64,000 nt of DNA, taken from NCBI RefSeq assembly GCF_001194135.2, contig NC_068984.1, positions 119,120,572 to 119,184,571 of the forward strand, given 5' to 3'. Each line of letters begins with the position of its first letter. Position 1 is the first letter of the stretch. Shown here piece after piece: positions 1-12,330 of this stretch. The stretch comes from Octopus bimaculoides (lineage: Eukaryota). The notes below the pieces were generated by a model. It was not told the DNA's origin, did no database searches, and worked only from the letters and a program-made list of their open reading frames with translations. A program made the position numbers and the translations under genes.

Positions 1-292
1 TATAGCCTTGAGATGACCAAAACTTTATGAGTAGATTTAGTTGATGGAAACTGAAAAAACTGTTGTGTGTGTGTGTGTGTATGTGTTCAACCACACCACA
101 ACTAAACAACTGGTGTTGGTTTGTTTACTTGCCTGTAACTTAGCAGTTTAGCAAAAGAGACTGCTAGAATAAGTACTAGGTTTTAAAAAAAAAAACAAGT
201 ACTGGGGTCAATCCATTTGACTAAAAATTCTTCAAGGTGGTGCCACAGTCTAATGACTGAAACAAGTACAAGCTAGAAGATAAAAGATTTTT
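1..292 (+). mobile_element. SINE family A, 3' half (cut by window start)
   Basis: Matches the 3' part of the full copy at 42738-43146 (gtaacttagcag...aataagtactagg...gactgaaacaagta). Confidence 0.7.
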
Positions 293-402
293 CCTTATAT
301 TTATAAATTTCTTTAATTATCTCTTTCAGAGACTGATGGGACACATACATTCCATGAATCTAACCTAAAATCTTAGTGAGAGATATATGCCTCCTAAAAG
401 CC

Positions 403-1022
403 ATTGTGGTTAAGAAACTTTCTTTGCAACCATATAGTTTCAAGTTCAGTCCCACTGTGTGACACCTTGGGCAAGTGCCATCTACTATAGCCCTGGACTG
501 ACCAATGCCTTGTGAATGAATTTGGTAGATGGAAACTGTATGGAAGCTCATCATATGTATGTATGTATGTATGTTTGTGTGAGTGTGTATATATGTATGT
601 ATGGATGTATGTATGTGTGTATGTGTGAGTATGTATGTGTGTGTGACGCATGTATGTGTGTGTGACGTATGTATGTATGTGTGATGTATGTAGGTATATA
701 TGTATGTATGTATGTAAAGCATGTGTAATGTATGTATTTGTTGCATGTATGCATATGTGTATGTGTGTGCACGCACACGTGTACATGTGTATATTTGTAT
801 TTGCATACTTCCCACCACTGCTTGACAACCAGTGTTGGTTTGTTTATGTCCCTGTTACTTAGCAATTCAGCAAAAGATACCAATGGAATAAATACCAGAC
901 TTCAAAAAAAAAATAATCATAAATAAAATATGTACTGAGGATGATTTGTTCAATTAAAACCCTTCAAGACATCACCCTAGCTGGCTGTAGTCTAATGAAT
1001 AAACAAACTAAAGGTATGAAAG
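403..1022 (+). mobile_element. SINE family A with expanded internal TATG/TG microsatellite
   Basis: tRNA-like head (gttcaagttcagtccc) and CORE-like gacaccttgggcaagtg, then about 240 bp of microsatellite, then the family A 3' half. Confidence 0.8.
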
Positions 1023-1184
1023 ATATCAATGCAAATTTGACTTTATTTTTATAGCTTATAGAGCTGTGACATTGTCTTTTGATAAGTGACAATAATGAAG
1101 GCAGTCAGAACCTGTTGCCCCAGATTTGTATGAGAGAGGTTATGTTTACAGTTCTCTTTAGAAATTGCTCTATTTTATCTTATA

Positions 1185-1862
1185 TCTTTTATTTTTTACT
1201 TGTTTCAGTCATTAGACTGTGGCCATGCTGGAGTACTGCCTTGAAGGGTTTTAGTCAAACGAATCAACTCCACAACTGGTTTTTTTTTACCTAGGCCTAG
1301 TACTTATTCTATAGGTGTCTGTTGCTGAACTGCCAAGTTACAGCAAGGTAAACGCACCAACACTGGTTGTCAAGTGGTGGGGCAATGAGGACAAGCTCAA
1401 GCACACAGACACACACACATAGATATATACATCATTGTTATCATCATTTTAACATTCATTATCCATGGTGGGATGGGTTGGATGGTTTGACCATGGCTTG
1501 TAAGCTGGGGAGATACATGAGACTCTAGTCTGATTTGGCATGTTTTCTATGGCTGGATGCCCTTTCTAATGCCAAACACTTTACAGAGTGAGCTGGGTGC
1601 TTTTACATGGCACTGCACAGGTGTTTTTTACATGGCGCCACTCAGGTACTTTTATATGACACTGCATGGGTGCTTTTATGTGGCACTGCATGAGCATTTA
1701 CAATGGATTTCTTCCAGTTTTCATCTACCAAATCCATTGACAAGGCTTTGGTTGGCCCGGAGCTATAGTAGAAGACACTTTCCCAAGGTGCCACGTAGTG
1801 GGACTGAACTCAGAACCATGTGGTTGGGAAGCAAATTTCTTACCACACAGTCACACCTATGC
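1185..1862 (-). mobile_element. SINE family A interrupted by an RTE 3'-UTR fragment (about 1431-1700)
   Basis: Reverse complement of family A halves flanks an RTE 3' end that carries four roughly 24-bp tandem units. Confidence 0.75.
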
Positions 1863-3853
1863 CTATTTTGTTCACTGAAGTAAATTTAGTACTCTCGTTT
1901 TATTACATAGCTCGCCATTTACATATATTTGTTTGGTTTGTATAGTACTACAGAAGAATGTTTAGTTGTTCTTTTGTGGATTTCTTGTGAATATTTATTC
2001 AGGGAAATTACAACTCTGGGACAACACTGTCATAGCAGGCATGTCGCATTACTATATAAACACACACAAAAAAAATTTTTAACCTCAACAAATAGTTTAT
2101 GTTTAGAAATTTGTATTTTTTTAAGTCAGACCTGAAACAGTTATGCTAGTTTAAACTGAGATCAACCACACTTATTTTCCTTCAGTTTTTTGGGGGATTG
2201 TAAGGTTAACAGATGTAACAGCTACGGTTTCTCCATAACATAAAACTGCATTAAAAACATGTTCAAACTCATATACAATCTTTGTACTTTCCAAGGAATC
2301 TTCTGAAAAATTTGGCTAAGATTTAATAAGTACCAAATGCAAAGACAATTTTTAATATTCTAAGAGCTCCTTCCATCATTATGCAATATAATTAAAAAAA
2401 GTACAATTTTTAAAATATTTTATAATAGATTTAGTAGGTTATGTAATTATGATTACTATTACAATAAACATTTTACAAGAGAAATGAAAATAAATAAGTG
2501 TATTTTTGTTTTTATAATGCATAAATTTCAAATAATTATATTTGCTTGTATTTTTTATTGTAAAACATAAAGGAAATTTATAAAGAGTATGAGAAATACT
2601 TCAAACATGCTATCATTCTAGAAGTGATGTTGATGAAGAGAGGTATCTTCAAAATCTTCATCTCAAGACTTTCACCTATGCCAGCCATAATTTTTTGTCA
2701 AACAAATTGACCAAATATTGCGTATAACAGAATTCATTTCCAGACATTATTTTCTTCCTGTCCTGTAAATTTTTACCTTTTGAGTGTTAATTTACTCATG
2801 ATTGAGAATTGCTGGTATATCTATAATAATAAATGCAAAATTCTGTCTGTCAGTCTGAGACCCCTGCATCTCAGTCTACATTAGCTCTACAAAGACATAT
2901 TATACCTTTTTCGAATCAGGATGATCCCAGGATTGAAAATCTGCTCTTCAACTGGTTCTTGAACACCCAGCATTGGGATCTGATTTAAAAGCATTTGGGT
3001 TACTATTTCTAGCAGGTAAAGCTTGGCTGATTCACATCCTCTTGGTTGGTGTTTATCAGATGACATTAGAGATCAAGGGCGAGATAAATGACATTTACTT
3101 CATTCATTTTATGTCAAGCTAAGAACTTTGGGACAAATTGGCCAACAGTTGGAATTCAAATTCTGACTGGAATTTTACCTATTCCTCCTGTCTGTAATGA
3201 TTGCATTACAGAATTAATTCTCATCCATCCTTAACCTCTGACCAAACACCATTGGGGCATATAGTCATTATAGATGTATTATAGTCATGCTATTTAGCTC
3301 TCTTTAGCTTTGGACCCAGACCCAATTAGCCCTCCACATGAGCTAGCTTAAATTTCGCAAAGAGTGTTGCTTTTAAGCTAGTATTCAATAAATTTGGGAA
3401 AATAATCTAGTATTTAAAGGGATTTAGCAAAATAACTAACTTGTTTATTATTAGCTATTGTTTGAAACATAACTTAGTTCTTACATAAAATACACTTAGT
3501 TTAATATATACACTTAGTTTAAATGCACTTAGTTTAAATATATACACTTAGTTTAAATGTGAACACTCTGAAGCAGGATGTTTTCTATTATAGAAACAAA
3601 TGTAATTTGGTATCACAAAGGTTAAATGATATTATGACTTCCAAGTTTAAATTTTACTTTTTCCTTTTATGTTCTTTTTTCTGAAAAAAAAAGAAAAGAA
3701 AAAAGAAAAAGGAAGAACTCTGAAGAGTTGATGTTGAANNNNNNNNNNTTTTCCTAAAAACACTTGAGTAAAATTTAGAGCTAGTCTGAGGTATATATGG
3801 AACAAACTTCAAATTTACCATTATTTTTTTAATATGTAGGCATGCAGATAAGG

Positions 3854-4510
3854 CAGTGGGCTAGCAGAATTGTTAGCACATCAGGTAAAATGCTTAGTAG
3901 CATTTTGTCCATCTTCACATTCTGAGTTTAAATTCCACTGAGGTCAACTTTGCCTTTCATCCTTTTGGGGTTGATAAAATAAGCAGCAGTCAAACACTGG
4001 AGTCAATGTAATTGACTTAACCACTTCTCTGAAATTGCTGGCCTTGTGCCAAAATCTGAAATCAATATGTAGGTATACAAAGGCAGCAAGCTGGCAGAAA
4101 CATTAGCAGACCAGGCAAAATGCTTAGCGGTATTTCATCTGCCACTACGTTCTGTGTTCAAATTCCGCTGGGGTCGACTTTGCCTTTCATCCTTTCGGGG
4201 TCGATTAAATAAGTACCAGTTACGCACTGAGGTTGATATAATCGACTTAATCCATTTGTCTGTCCTTGTTTGTCCCCTCTGTGTGTAGCCCCTTGTGGGT
4301 AATAAAGAAATAAGAAACATTAGCATGCTGGGTGAAATACTTAGCGGTATTTCATCTGTCTTTACATTCTGAGTTCAAATTCTGCCGAGGTCGACTTTGC
4401 CTTTTATCCGTTCAGGGTTGATAAATTAAGTACCAGTTGCATACTGAGGTCGATCAAATGAACTGGTCCCCTCCCCAAAAATTCTGGGCCTTGTGCCTTG
4501 AGTAGAAAAG
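3854..4510 (+). mobile_element. Three stacked or nested copies of SINE family B
   Basis: The motif ctgagttcaaatt...gactttgcctttcatcctttcggggtcgataa..aagtaccag occurs three times. Shared flanking duplications lie at 3831, 4064 and 4511. Confidence 0.85.
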
Positions 4511-4808
4511 AATATGTAGGTATACAGATAAGGTATATTGTAATTTTAGTTTTTTCATCTCATTCTTTAAGAGATCAACTATTTTTTATCTTGTTTTTGT
4601 TTTTCTACAAAGTCAAACAGATGAATTTCCGTTTGCAATGCATACCCACTGGACCTTCTGCGTTGGATGTAGATCTGTTTGTCACAAGATACGTGTCAGA
4701 TGACTGTGCTCAGGTTGTTTTATGAAAAGAAACCACACTTATGTCCATCTAAGTTGAAAATTTCACATGAAGTTAAATGATTATCCACTGATAACATATA
4801 TGTATACG

Positions 4809-4971
4809 CACTAGTGTAGCTAGAGTGTGTGCCACCCAGGGTGGCCCTTCAATTTTCCACCCTGGATCCCACAAAAAACACATATTGCCTACAGCAATAG
4901 CCTACAACAGGATTAAAAGTGCCACCCCTTTAAAAGGACCACCCCTGCCATTCCCACTAGCTACACTAGTG
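4809..4971. mobile_element. hAT-type MITE
   Basis: Perfect 15-bp terminal inverted repeats cactagtgtagctag / ctagctacactagtg. The 8-bp target duplication is tgtatacg / tgtatatg. Confidence 0.8.
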
Positions 4972-6844
4972 TGTATATGTACAACAGGTGATACTCAAGA
5001 GTTACTTATATTTTACAATGTTAATCTGCATGAAATATGGAACAGAAATGAAATGTGATAGCAATTAAGAGGCATTAAATGCAGCAGCTAATATGTGCAG
5101 GAGATCTGTAGGCATTGGTAAGGACATATGATTGAAAGAGACAATACTTGCTGGGTAAAAGAAAAAAAACAACCTGCCCAGTCCTGCTAATGGGAAAGAT
5201 ACAGGAAGAGGTAATGAACTTTGGCTTCAGAGTTGAGATGAAACAGGAATTGAATGAATTTTAATCTACTTTTTTCAAACTGATGTGATCAATACAAAAG
5301 GTGGTGGACTGACAGAACTGTTCATATCAGACAAAATAATATGTGGTATTTAGTTATGGTGCTTTGTACTCAAATCCTGCTGAGATAAACTTTGTTATCA
5401 TCCTTCTGGAGTTAATAAAAGTAGCAGTCTGGAATCAATATGATAGACTTCAAGCTTATGGACAGTCTGTTCAGATCAGAAATAGATAGTTGTAGCACTA
5501 TTTTCAGACAGTGTCTGAAAATGTTATGAGAATATGCAAAATGATATGAGGATATACAACGTGAATGCCTGCTGGCATTATATTGTCAAAGATAAAATGT
5601 GGAGAAACAGAAAAAATTGCAGAAATATCTATTTAAATGATAGTTATAATGAAGATTATAATCTCTCAATAATTTTTTTTGTTTTTTCTCTACATCCAAA
5701 TTTTTTTGTGTCATATCTATCTGTTTAATACATCTTTATCATGCTTAAACTACAACCTTGACTGTGCTAGACTTGCTAGAAATAGTAGCCAAATATCATT
5801 CAAATCACATCCTACCATCTTTAAAAGAAAAGACACATTAGATAATCTTAGATACTCCTAAACATACAGGATCCATATAGCTGGAATGTTCATGATCATA
5901 GGTATGCTCTATCAGGATTGACCTGGCACTAAAACAACAACAACTATAATAACTATACTTCTGGTGAGTAACAGTCAATAGTGTTTTACCATTATATTGT
6001 ACAATTAATATTTGAAGATGGAACTGATATACAAAACACTGACAATAACAGCTGTCAAATAATTTAGTTAATTATCAATATGGCTGGGGGGAAAGTACCT
6101 CAGGGGAATGTTGTGAAAACTAAATACACACAAGGTAAGATCTTGCATATGTAATATACTGAGTTAAAAAAAAAAAAAACTCAATTAATTGAGATTACTC
6201 AATGCTGCCAATAAGCAAAAACTTCCTCTAAGGGGTGTTTAAAATTTAAAAACAGCTAGCAAGGGAAATAACTCCAATAAAATCAACCAACAGAAGTTTC
6301 TGGAAAAGAAATCAGATGCAGATGGGAATGGATCTTATCCTTAAATTTGGCTAATTACTTGACTAATACTATAACAAAGTGAAGGCATACAGCTTCATGG
6401 TTAGGATGTTTGGCTCATAGTCACAATGTAATGAGTTCAATTCCTGACCAGTAATGTGTTGTTCCAGTCTATTCAGCTAAAAATGAGTACCAGCCTTGTA
6501 CTAGCACAGCCCTCTCCTTCCAGTAGTTACATCCTAGATGTGCCTGTGAGTCAAAGGAATTAGAGAATTGAAAGGGTGTCCATGTCTGCTTAAGACTACA
6601 TAAGTATATCTTTATACAACTGCCATCATTCATATACAATGCATACCATGATCCATGATTTGTGGTGGAACAGGGACAGCTTGGTGAATAGGGACAATAA
6701 AAGAAAATTAAGATACTAATGTCAGTATAGTAAGAGCTCTACCATTAAGGGGCATAAGATCATTCAGAAGGCCAGAGCTCTTATCATGCTGACACGCTGA
6801 TATTAGTTAGCATTTAAAATTTTTTTTTTTTGTCCCTATTCTCC

Positions 6845-6995
6845 CCAAATCGCAGTAACCATACCAGATTAATCTTTGTCTTGCACATTACACCTGATAC
6901 CTCTTACAGTATCCAGTTTTACTATCAACTCATTTTTACACAGTCATTCATGCACACTGATATTAAACATCTAGTCGAACATGTTTGTTTTATTT
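6845..6995 (-). mobile_element. Degenerate RTE LINE ORF fragment
   Basis: Reverse complement aligns by eye to the C-terminal ORF region of the RTE at about 11860-12000. Confidence 0.5.
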
Positions 6996-7124
6996 CTTTC
7001 CCATTTTTGCGAATTCCAATGAGAATTCCAATGGCTCAGAAGCCACAAAGTGAGCTCACTCACTAATTCATCTTTGCTTCAATAGCAGTGACCAGCATAC
7101 CGTATCCTCCACTCTTGAATGATT

Positions 7125-7700
7125 ATTCTTTTATTCTTTTACATGTTTCAGTCATTTAACTGTGGCCATGCTGGAGCACTGCCTTAAAGGGCTTTAGTCC
7201 AAGAAATCGACCCCAAGATTTATTCTTTGTAAACCTAGTACTTATTCTATTGGTATCTTTTGCAGAACTGCTAAGTTACGGGGACATAAACAGTCCAACA
7301 TCAGTTGTCAAGCGATAGTGGGGGAACAAACACAGACATAAAGACACACACACATAAATACATACATACATATATATATATCATCATCATCGTTTAACGT
7401 CCGCTTTCCATGCTAGCATGGGTTGGATGATTTGACTGAGGACTGGTGAAACCGGATGGCTACACCAGCCTCCAATCTGATTTGGCAGAGTTTCTACAGC
7501 TGGATGCCCTTCCTAACGCCAACCACTCAGAGAGTGTAGTGGGTGCTTTTACGTGTCACCCGCACAAAGGCCAGTCAGGCGGTACTGGCAACGGCCACGC
7601 TCAAAATGGTGTGGGCTTCCTTTCAGTTTCCATCTACTAGATCCACTCACAAGGCTTCAGTCAGCTTGAGGCTACAGTAGAAGACACTTGTCCAAGGCTG
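7125..7700 (-). mobile_element. SINE family A with a young RTE 3' end (7381-7612) inserted in its (TA)n tract
   Basis: Family A halves flank catcatcgtttaacgtccgctttccatgctagcatgggttgg, the reverse complement of the RTE tail seen at 12260-12330. Confidence 0.85.
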
Positions 7701-8034
7701 GATTGTAAAAAAAAAATGTTTTTCTTTTTACAACCCAGCTGTCCTTTCACATGGAATTTCATCTGTCTTTAAAGCAAAACTCTGAAGATACAAATGAATA
7801 TGAATTGTTTATAAACCAAATAATGTATATAAGTCGAAACAAATTGTTGGCTATTTTGGTTTTTTAATGATTTTTTAATGTTATCTTATATTATATTATA
7901 TTCGTAGTATATTATGTTATAATATAAATAAATATTGGATTGTCAATTGAATCTCTCTATTTAATTTATTGTTTTGTAATTTGCTGATGAATCATAAAAA
8001 AAAGAACTGACTCTGCTATGATTTTGAAGAATTC

Positions 8035-8170
8035 CTTTTTCATCCAATCAGGCAGAAGAAACTTCCAAATTATTCTTAATTTGTCCAGTGCACTCCATGC
8101 TTTTGCTATGTGACTTGATGCGTTTTTTGCGGTGGATGAAATATCACTTCCAAGATAAGTAAAACATTTG
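8035..8170 (-). mobile_element. Small RTE-clade reverse transcriptase fragment downstream of the PAP stop
   Basis: Translates to FTYLGSDISSTAKNASSHIAKAWSALDKLRIIWK, resembling the RTE FKYLGS...RIAKAW motif. Confidence 0.55.
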
Positions 8171-8321
8171 CCTGCTCATACATACATACATACATACATA
8201 CATACATACATACATACATACATGCATACATACATACATACATACGTACATACATATGTTTACTTGTAATAATGAAGGACAGTTAAAACAATGAATAAAG
8301 AGATATTTAATCTACAATTCT

Positions 8322-8500
8322 TCAAGTTCGTGTAAGACGGAATTCATCCATCACAGCACTATTTTTACTTCTTATGTACTGAAAATGAAGAGCTTTTGGG
8401 AAAGCTTCCATGATAACATGTCCAGTATCTTTGCCTTTAACGTAGAAAGCTCTCCATTTGGCTTTATTGTAGAAAGATTCATCATTTGGCTCAGGGTTAC
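8322..8500 (-). CDS. Purple acid phosphatase terminal exon (C-terminal PAP domain)
   Basis: Acceptor tttacttgttttacttccAG at 8502-8501. The phase-1 join completes GAGG-NPEPNDESFYNKAKWRAFYVKGKDTGHVIMEAFPKALHFQYIRSKNSAVMDEFRLTRT*, which fits the usual PAP C-terminus. Spliced CDS is 1425 nt, 474 aa. Confidence 0.9.
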
Positions 8501-9389
8501 CTGGAAGTAAAACAAGTAAATTATCATGAGACTGACTTGGTGTTAGTTATATTTCAGTCAGAGGAAACAAATAAGATCTCAAGCAAAAACATAAATAATA
8601 AACTTAAAAATAAAATCATTATAATTATAGAAAAGATAATTTAATTTTCATTGAAATCTAATAACTTGTCATTGACAGAAATATGTTTGTGCATACACAT
8701 ACACACTTAAAAAACACACATTCACACAAACACATAGACACACATACACATGCACATATCCTGTATGTTGCATATGGCTAAGCTCATGGAGTACTGGACA
8801 AGCAGAAAGGCAAGATAGCTAAGGAATCTAGGAACATCCAGAAAGTTGCTCATTCTGCTAGAAACAGTAACCAAAACCTTGCCAAAATCTCACTAAAATC
8901 ATGCCTATGTTTGCATATATATACATGCAGTTGTGTGTGTGTGTGTGTGTGTGTCTTTCTAGCATAGAGCAGGGATGACTATAGATCAAATGGGTACTCA
9001 GAATACATGTTGGGAAGAGTAGCAGTGTTTATTTGAAGCACAAGACCTTACAGAGTGCTCATCTGTTTCCTATTCATACGTGATTTGAGGAAGATATGCA
9101 GTAAAACAGGAAACCTAAAGACAGTACATTACGCACTTAGATGGTCACCAGAATGCACAAACTCACAGACTAACAGGCATCTGCTGCTACATATGTACAC
9201 ATACACATTCTCTTACATATATATATGTACATACATGGATATGCATATATATATAGACACATACAAACATAGACATATGAGTCAAGTAATTGCTCAAGTT
9301 GACACCAGGCTCCAATCTAAATTTGGCAGAGTTTCTACAGCTGGATGCCCTTCCTAACACCAACCACTCATGTTTATATATATATACAT

Positions 9390-9392
<3 letters not shown>

Positions 9393-9458
<66 letters not shown>
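9393..9458. repeat. (TA)n microsatellite, representative of many in the window
   Basis: Directly visible. Other examples: (TACA)n 8180-8256, (CA)n 15890-15926, (TG)n 19114-19183, (TTA)n 26568-26624, TG-rich 34872-35116, (TAGA)n 63310-63345. Confidence 0.95.
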
Positions 9459-9461
<3 letters not shown>

Positions 9462-9927
9462 GTTTATATATATACACACACACACATAAATACATTACAT
9501 ATGTACAAACAAATATAGTTACATAGGTAAGGAAGTAAACAGTTGAAAAACAGTTGTGGGCATAAGTATTTAAAAAGGTCAATACATAGGAATGCTTCTA
9601 AGTGTACTGGTGAAATGTCAAGAGAAGAATATAGAGACATATAACAAGAAACATAGGGGTGGCTGGAATTAATAAAATTAAAATTAAAAATGAAAGAAGA
9701 AAGAAGAGAGTAATTGTGATCAGAAAAAAATAAAGAACTAGTTAAACGAAATGGGTTAACACAATAGAAATATAATTAAATTCTTCTCAAAAACAATAAA
9801 GAAAAACAACGAATAAAAGTATTCAAAAATTGGTATTTTTAGGTTAATATGAAAATTGGGTGACCGGAAAGTGAGGTTCAAATGAAAAGAAGGGAAAAAG
9901 GTTAAATTGCTTTGAATGAGGTGGCAG

Positions 9928-10196
9928 CAAGGCTGATTTTAAGCCAATTAAATATATTTGTCTAAATTTGTCCCAGCGCCAAGAGAGGGCCCTGCACACA
10001 TGCTGAAGTGGGGGATGCTAATATGGACTTTTAGCATTTTATTATGGTTAAAGGTGGAGCATGAAGCCCTCAATGCTTTTTGGTTGGGACTGGCATACTA
10101 CACAAAGCATAAAACATCAATGTTCAGCTTTTGTAGAGTAGAGGGCTCCACTGACAATTCTGTAATTAGGCCCCGCACTCCCTAGTGCTGGCCCTG
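9928..10196. mobile_element. Degenerate non-autonomous DNA transposon
   Basis: Imperfect termini caaggctga / tgctggccctg, GC-richer than the flanks, with a weak 8-bp duplication. Confidence 0.35.
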
Positions 10197-10821
10197 CTTG
10201 GCAAGAACACATGAAACAAAGGCTGAATCAATCATTGTTCATTATTGAATGAAAATATGATTTATGTGCCTAAGCTACATAACCCTTTGCCTGTTCTTGG
10301 TGTCCATGTATAACATATGATACACATTCCCAATTGTTTTCAACCGCCAGAGTAACTTACGATTTATGAAAGGCAAGCTTTATATTATTCAGAACATATG
10401 AAACAAAGACTGTCTGAAAGTCTGAAAACAAGCATGGATGTTTAGGATAAACTGATGAAAATGCTTTGGACAAGCAAAGGCTTAATTTGTAATAGGAGTT
10501 TTGGGCAAATTCAAAACACAAAGTTTCACTTCAGTGACCCACAATCACAGCACATATACAAGTTTGAAGGTCACTTTTTGAACTGATCTAGCAACACAAA
10601 AGATTACTTATTTGGTCTAGATAGGCCAATCATATAAGTCCACTTCACTCCTGTTCACTCTTCCATTTTATGAGTCATCTATCTTTCAACTGATAATTAT
10701 AAAAGAGGGCAAAGATTGATCTTTTATTCGAGCAATCCCAAACCATTTTGCACCACAGACTGGTTTCAAGCAAGACAATTTTTCCACAATACAATACATA
10801 TATATTACATATATGTAAGTT

Positions 10822-12330
10822 ACAGAGAAGGTCATAGCCCAACCAATTAGGGAGAGAGTTAGCCTAGATGAGATGCAGTTTGGTTTTGTGCCAGGTAGAA
10901 GCATCATGGGTGCTATATTTCTGGTAAGGCAACTGCAGGAGAAATATCTAGCCAAAGATAGACCTCTGCACTTGGCTTTTGTTGACCTGGAGAAAGCCTT
11001 TGACAGGGTCCCCTGATCTCTTATCTGGTGGTCAATGCGGAAACTGGGGATAGACAAGTGGTTGGTAAGAGCTGTACAAGCCCTGTAAAGGGATGCTGTC
11101 AGTAAGATGAGGGTTGGCAAAGAATATAGTGAAGAATTCCATGTAGAAGTAGGGGTTCACCAAGGATCAGCCCTCAGCCCCCTCTTGTTCATTATAGTCC
11201 TCCAGGTAATAACAGGAATTCAAGACAGGCTACCCCTGGGAGCTCCTCTATGCTGATGACCTTGCTCTAATAGCTGAGTCACTGCCAGAACTAGAGACGA
11301 AGTTTAGGCTGTGGAGCAAGACCTAGAATCAAAGGGCCTTCGGATTAACCAAGCAAAAACTAAAATCTTAGTAAGTAGGAATGCTGTCAAATCACAAACC
11401 CCTTCAGGTAGATGGCCCTGCTCGATCTGTAGAAAAGGCATGGGTAGAAACTCCATACGATGTACCCAGTGTAAACTATGGACACATAAAAGGTGCAGGA
11501 ATATTATAGGAAGGTTAACCAGGAAGATAGTTTTTGTGTGTGGCAGATGCACAGGAGCAATAAACACTGAAGATGTACAGAAAACAGATTCCATCACATG
11601 CCAGGGGAAGATACTAGAAGTAGTTAATAGCTTCTGCTACCTAAGCAACCAAGTCTGTAGTGGAGGTGGTCGCTCTGAGAGTGTAGGGGCTAGAATAAAA
11701 ATAGCCTGGGCAAAGTTCAGGAAGCTCCGACCTCTGCTAGCAACTATGGGCCTCTCACTCAGGATGAAAGGTAGGCTGTATGATGCATGTGTGTGAACTG
11801 CCATGCTACACAGCAGTGAAACATGGGCCATGAATGCTGAGGACATGCGTAGGCTTGAAAGAAATGAAGCTAGTGTGATCCACTGGATGTGTAATATCAG
11901 TGTGCATACACGACAGAGTGTAAATGCCTTCAGAGAAAAGTTGGGCGTGAGAAGTATGAAATGTGGTGTGCAAGAGAGATGACTGTGCTGGTATGGTCAT
12001 GTGCTACATATGGATGAGGTCAGCTGTGTGAGGAAATGCATGTCCAGCCCAGTTAAGTGCACCCCTGATGCATCAGGCGATATGGTATGCTTGAGGAGAC
12101 CTGTTGAGTCAAGTAAAACCAATATTGTAGCTGTGGCCAGTGCTCCCTGACTGGCTCCTGTGCCAATGACATGTAAAATGCACCATCCAAACGTGGTCAA
12201 TGCCAGGTCCGCCTGACTGGCTTCTCTGCCAGTGGCACATAAAAAGCACCCACTACACCGTCCAACCCATGCTAGCATGGAAAACAAACGTTAAACGATG
12301 TTGATGATGATGATGATGATGATGATGATA
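10822..12330 (+). mobile_element. 5'-truncated, inactivated RTE-clade LINE (RT plus PHD-type finger plus 3' UTR with (GAT)n tail)
   Basis: Translates to QFGFVPGRS, AFVDLEKAFDRVP, GVHQGSALSPLLF and LLYADD (YADD at 11249-11260). It has in-frame stops and a frameshift near 11215, and ends cgttaaacgatg(atg)n. Confidence 0.93.

Noticed and set aside
360-926. Long His/Thr/Ile/Tyr- or Val/Cys-rich ORFs here and at 9187-9582, 34743-35147 and 41257-41637
   Set aside because: They are translations of TATG/TG/TA microsatellites, not genes.
2820-3350. Helitron-like 5' end (a|tctataataataaatg...ctgtctgtc)
   Set aside because: No convincing 3' hairpin and CTRR end, and no second copy in the window.
4621-4713. 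Plus-strand candidate exon (MNFRLQCIPTGPSALDVDLFVTRYVSDDCAQ)
   Set aside because: Good acceptor but weak donor, no recognisable homology and no partner exons.
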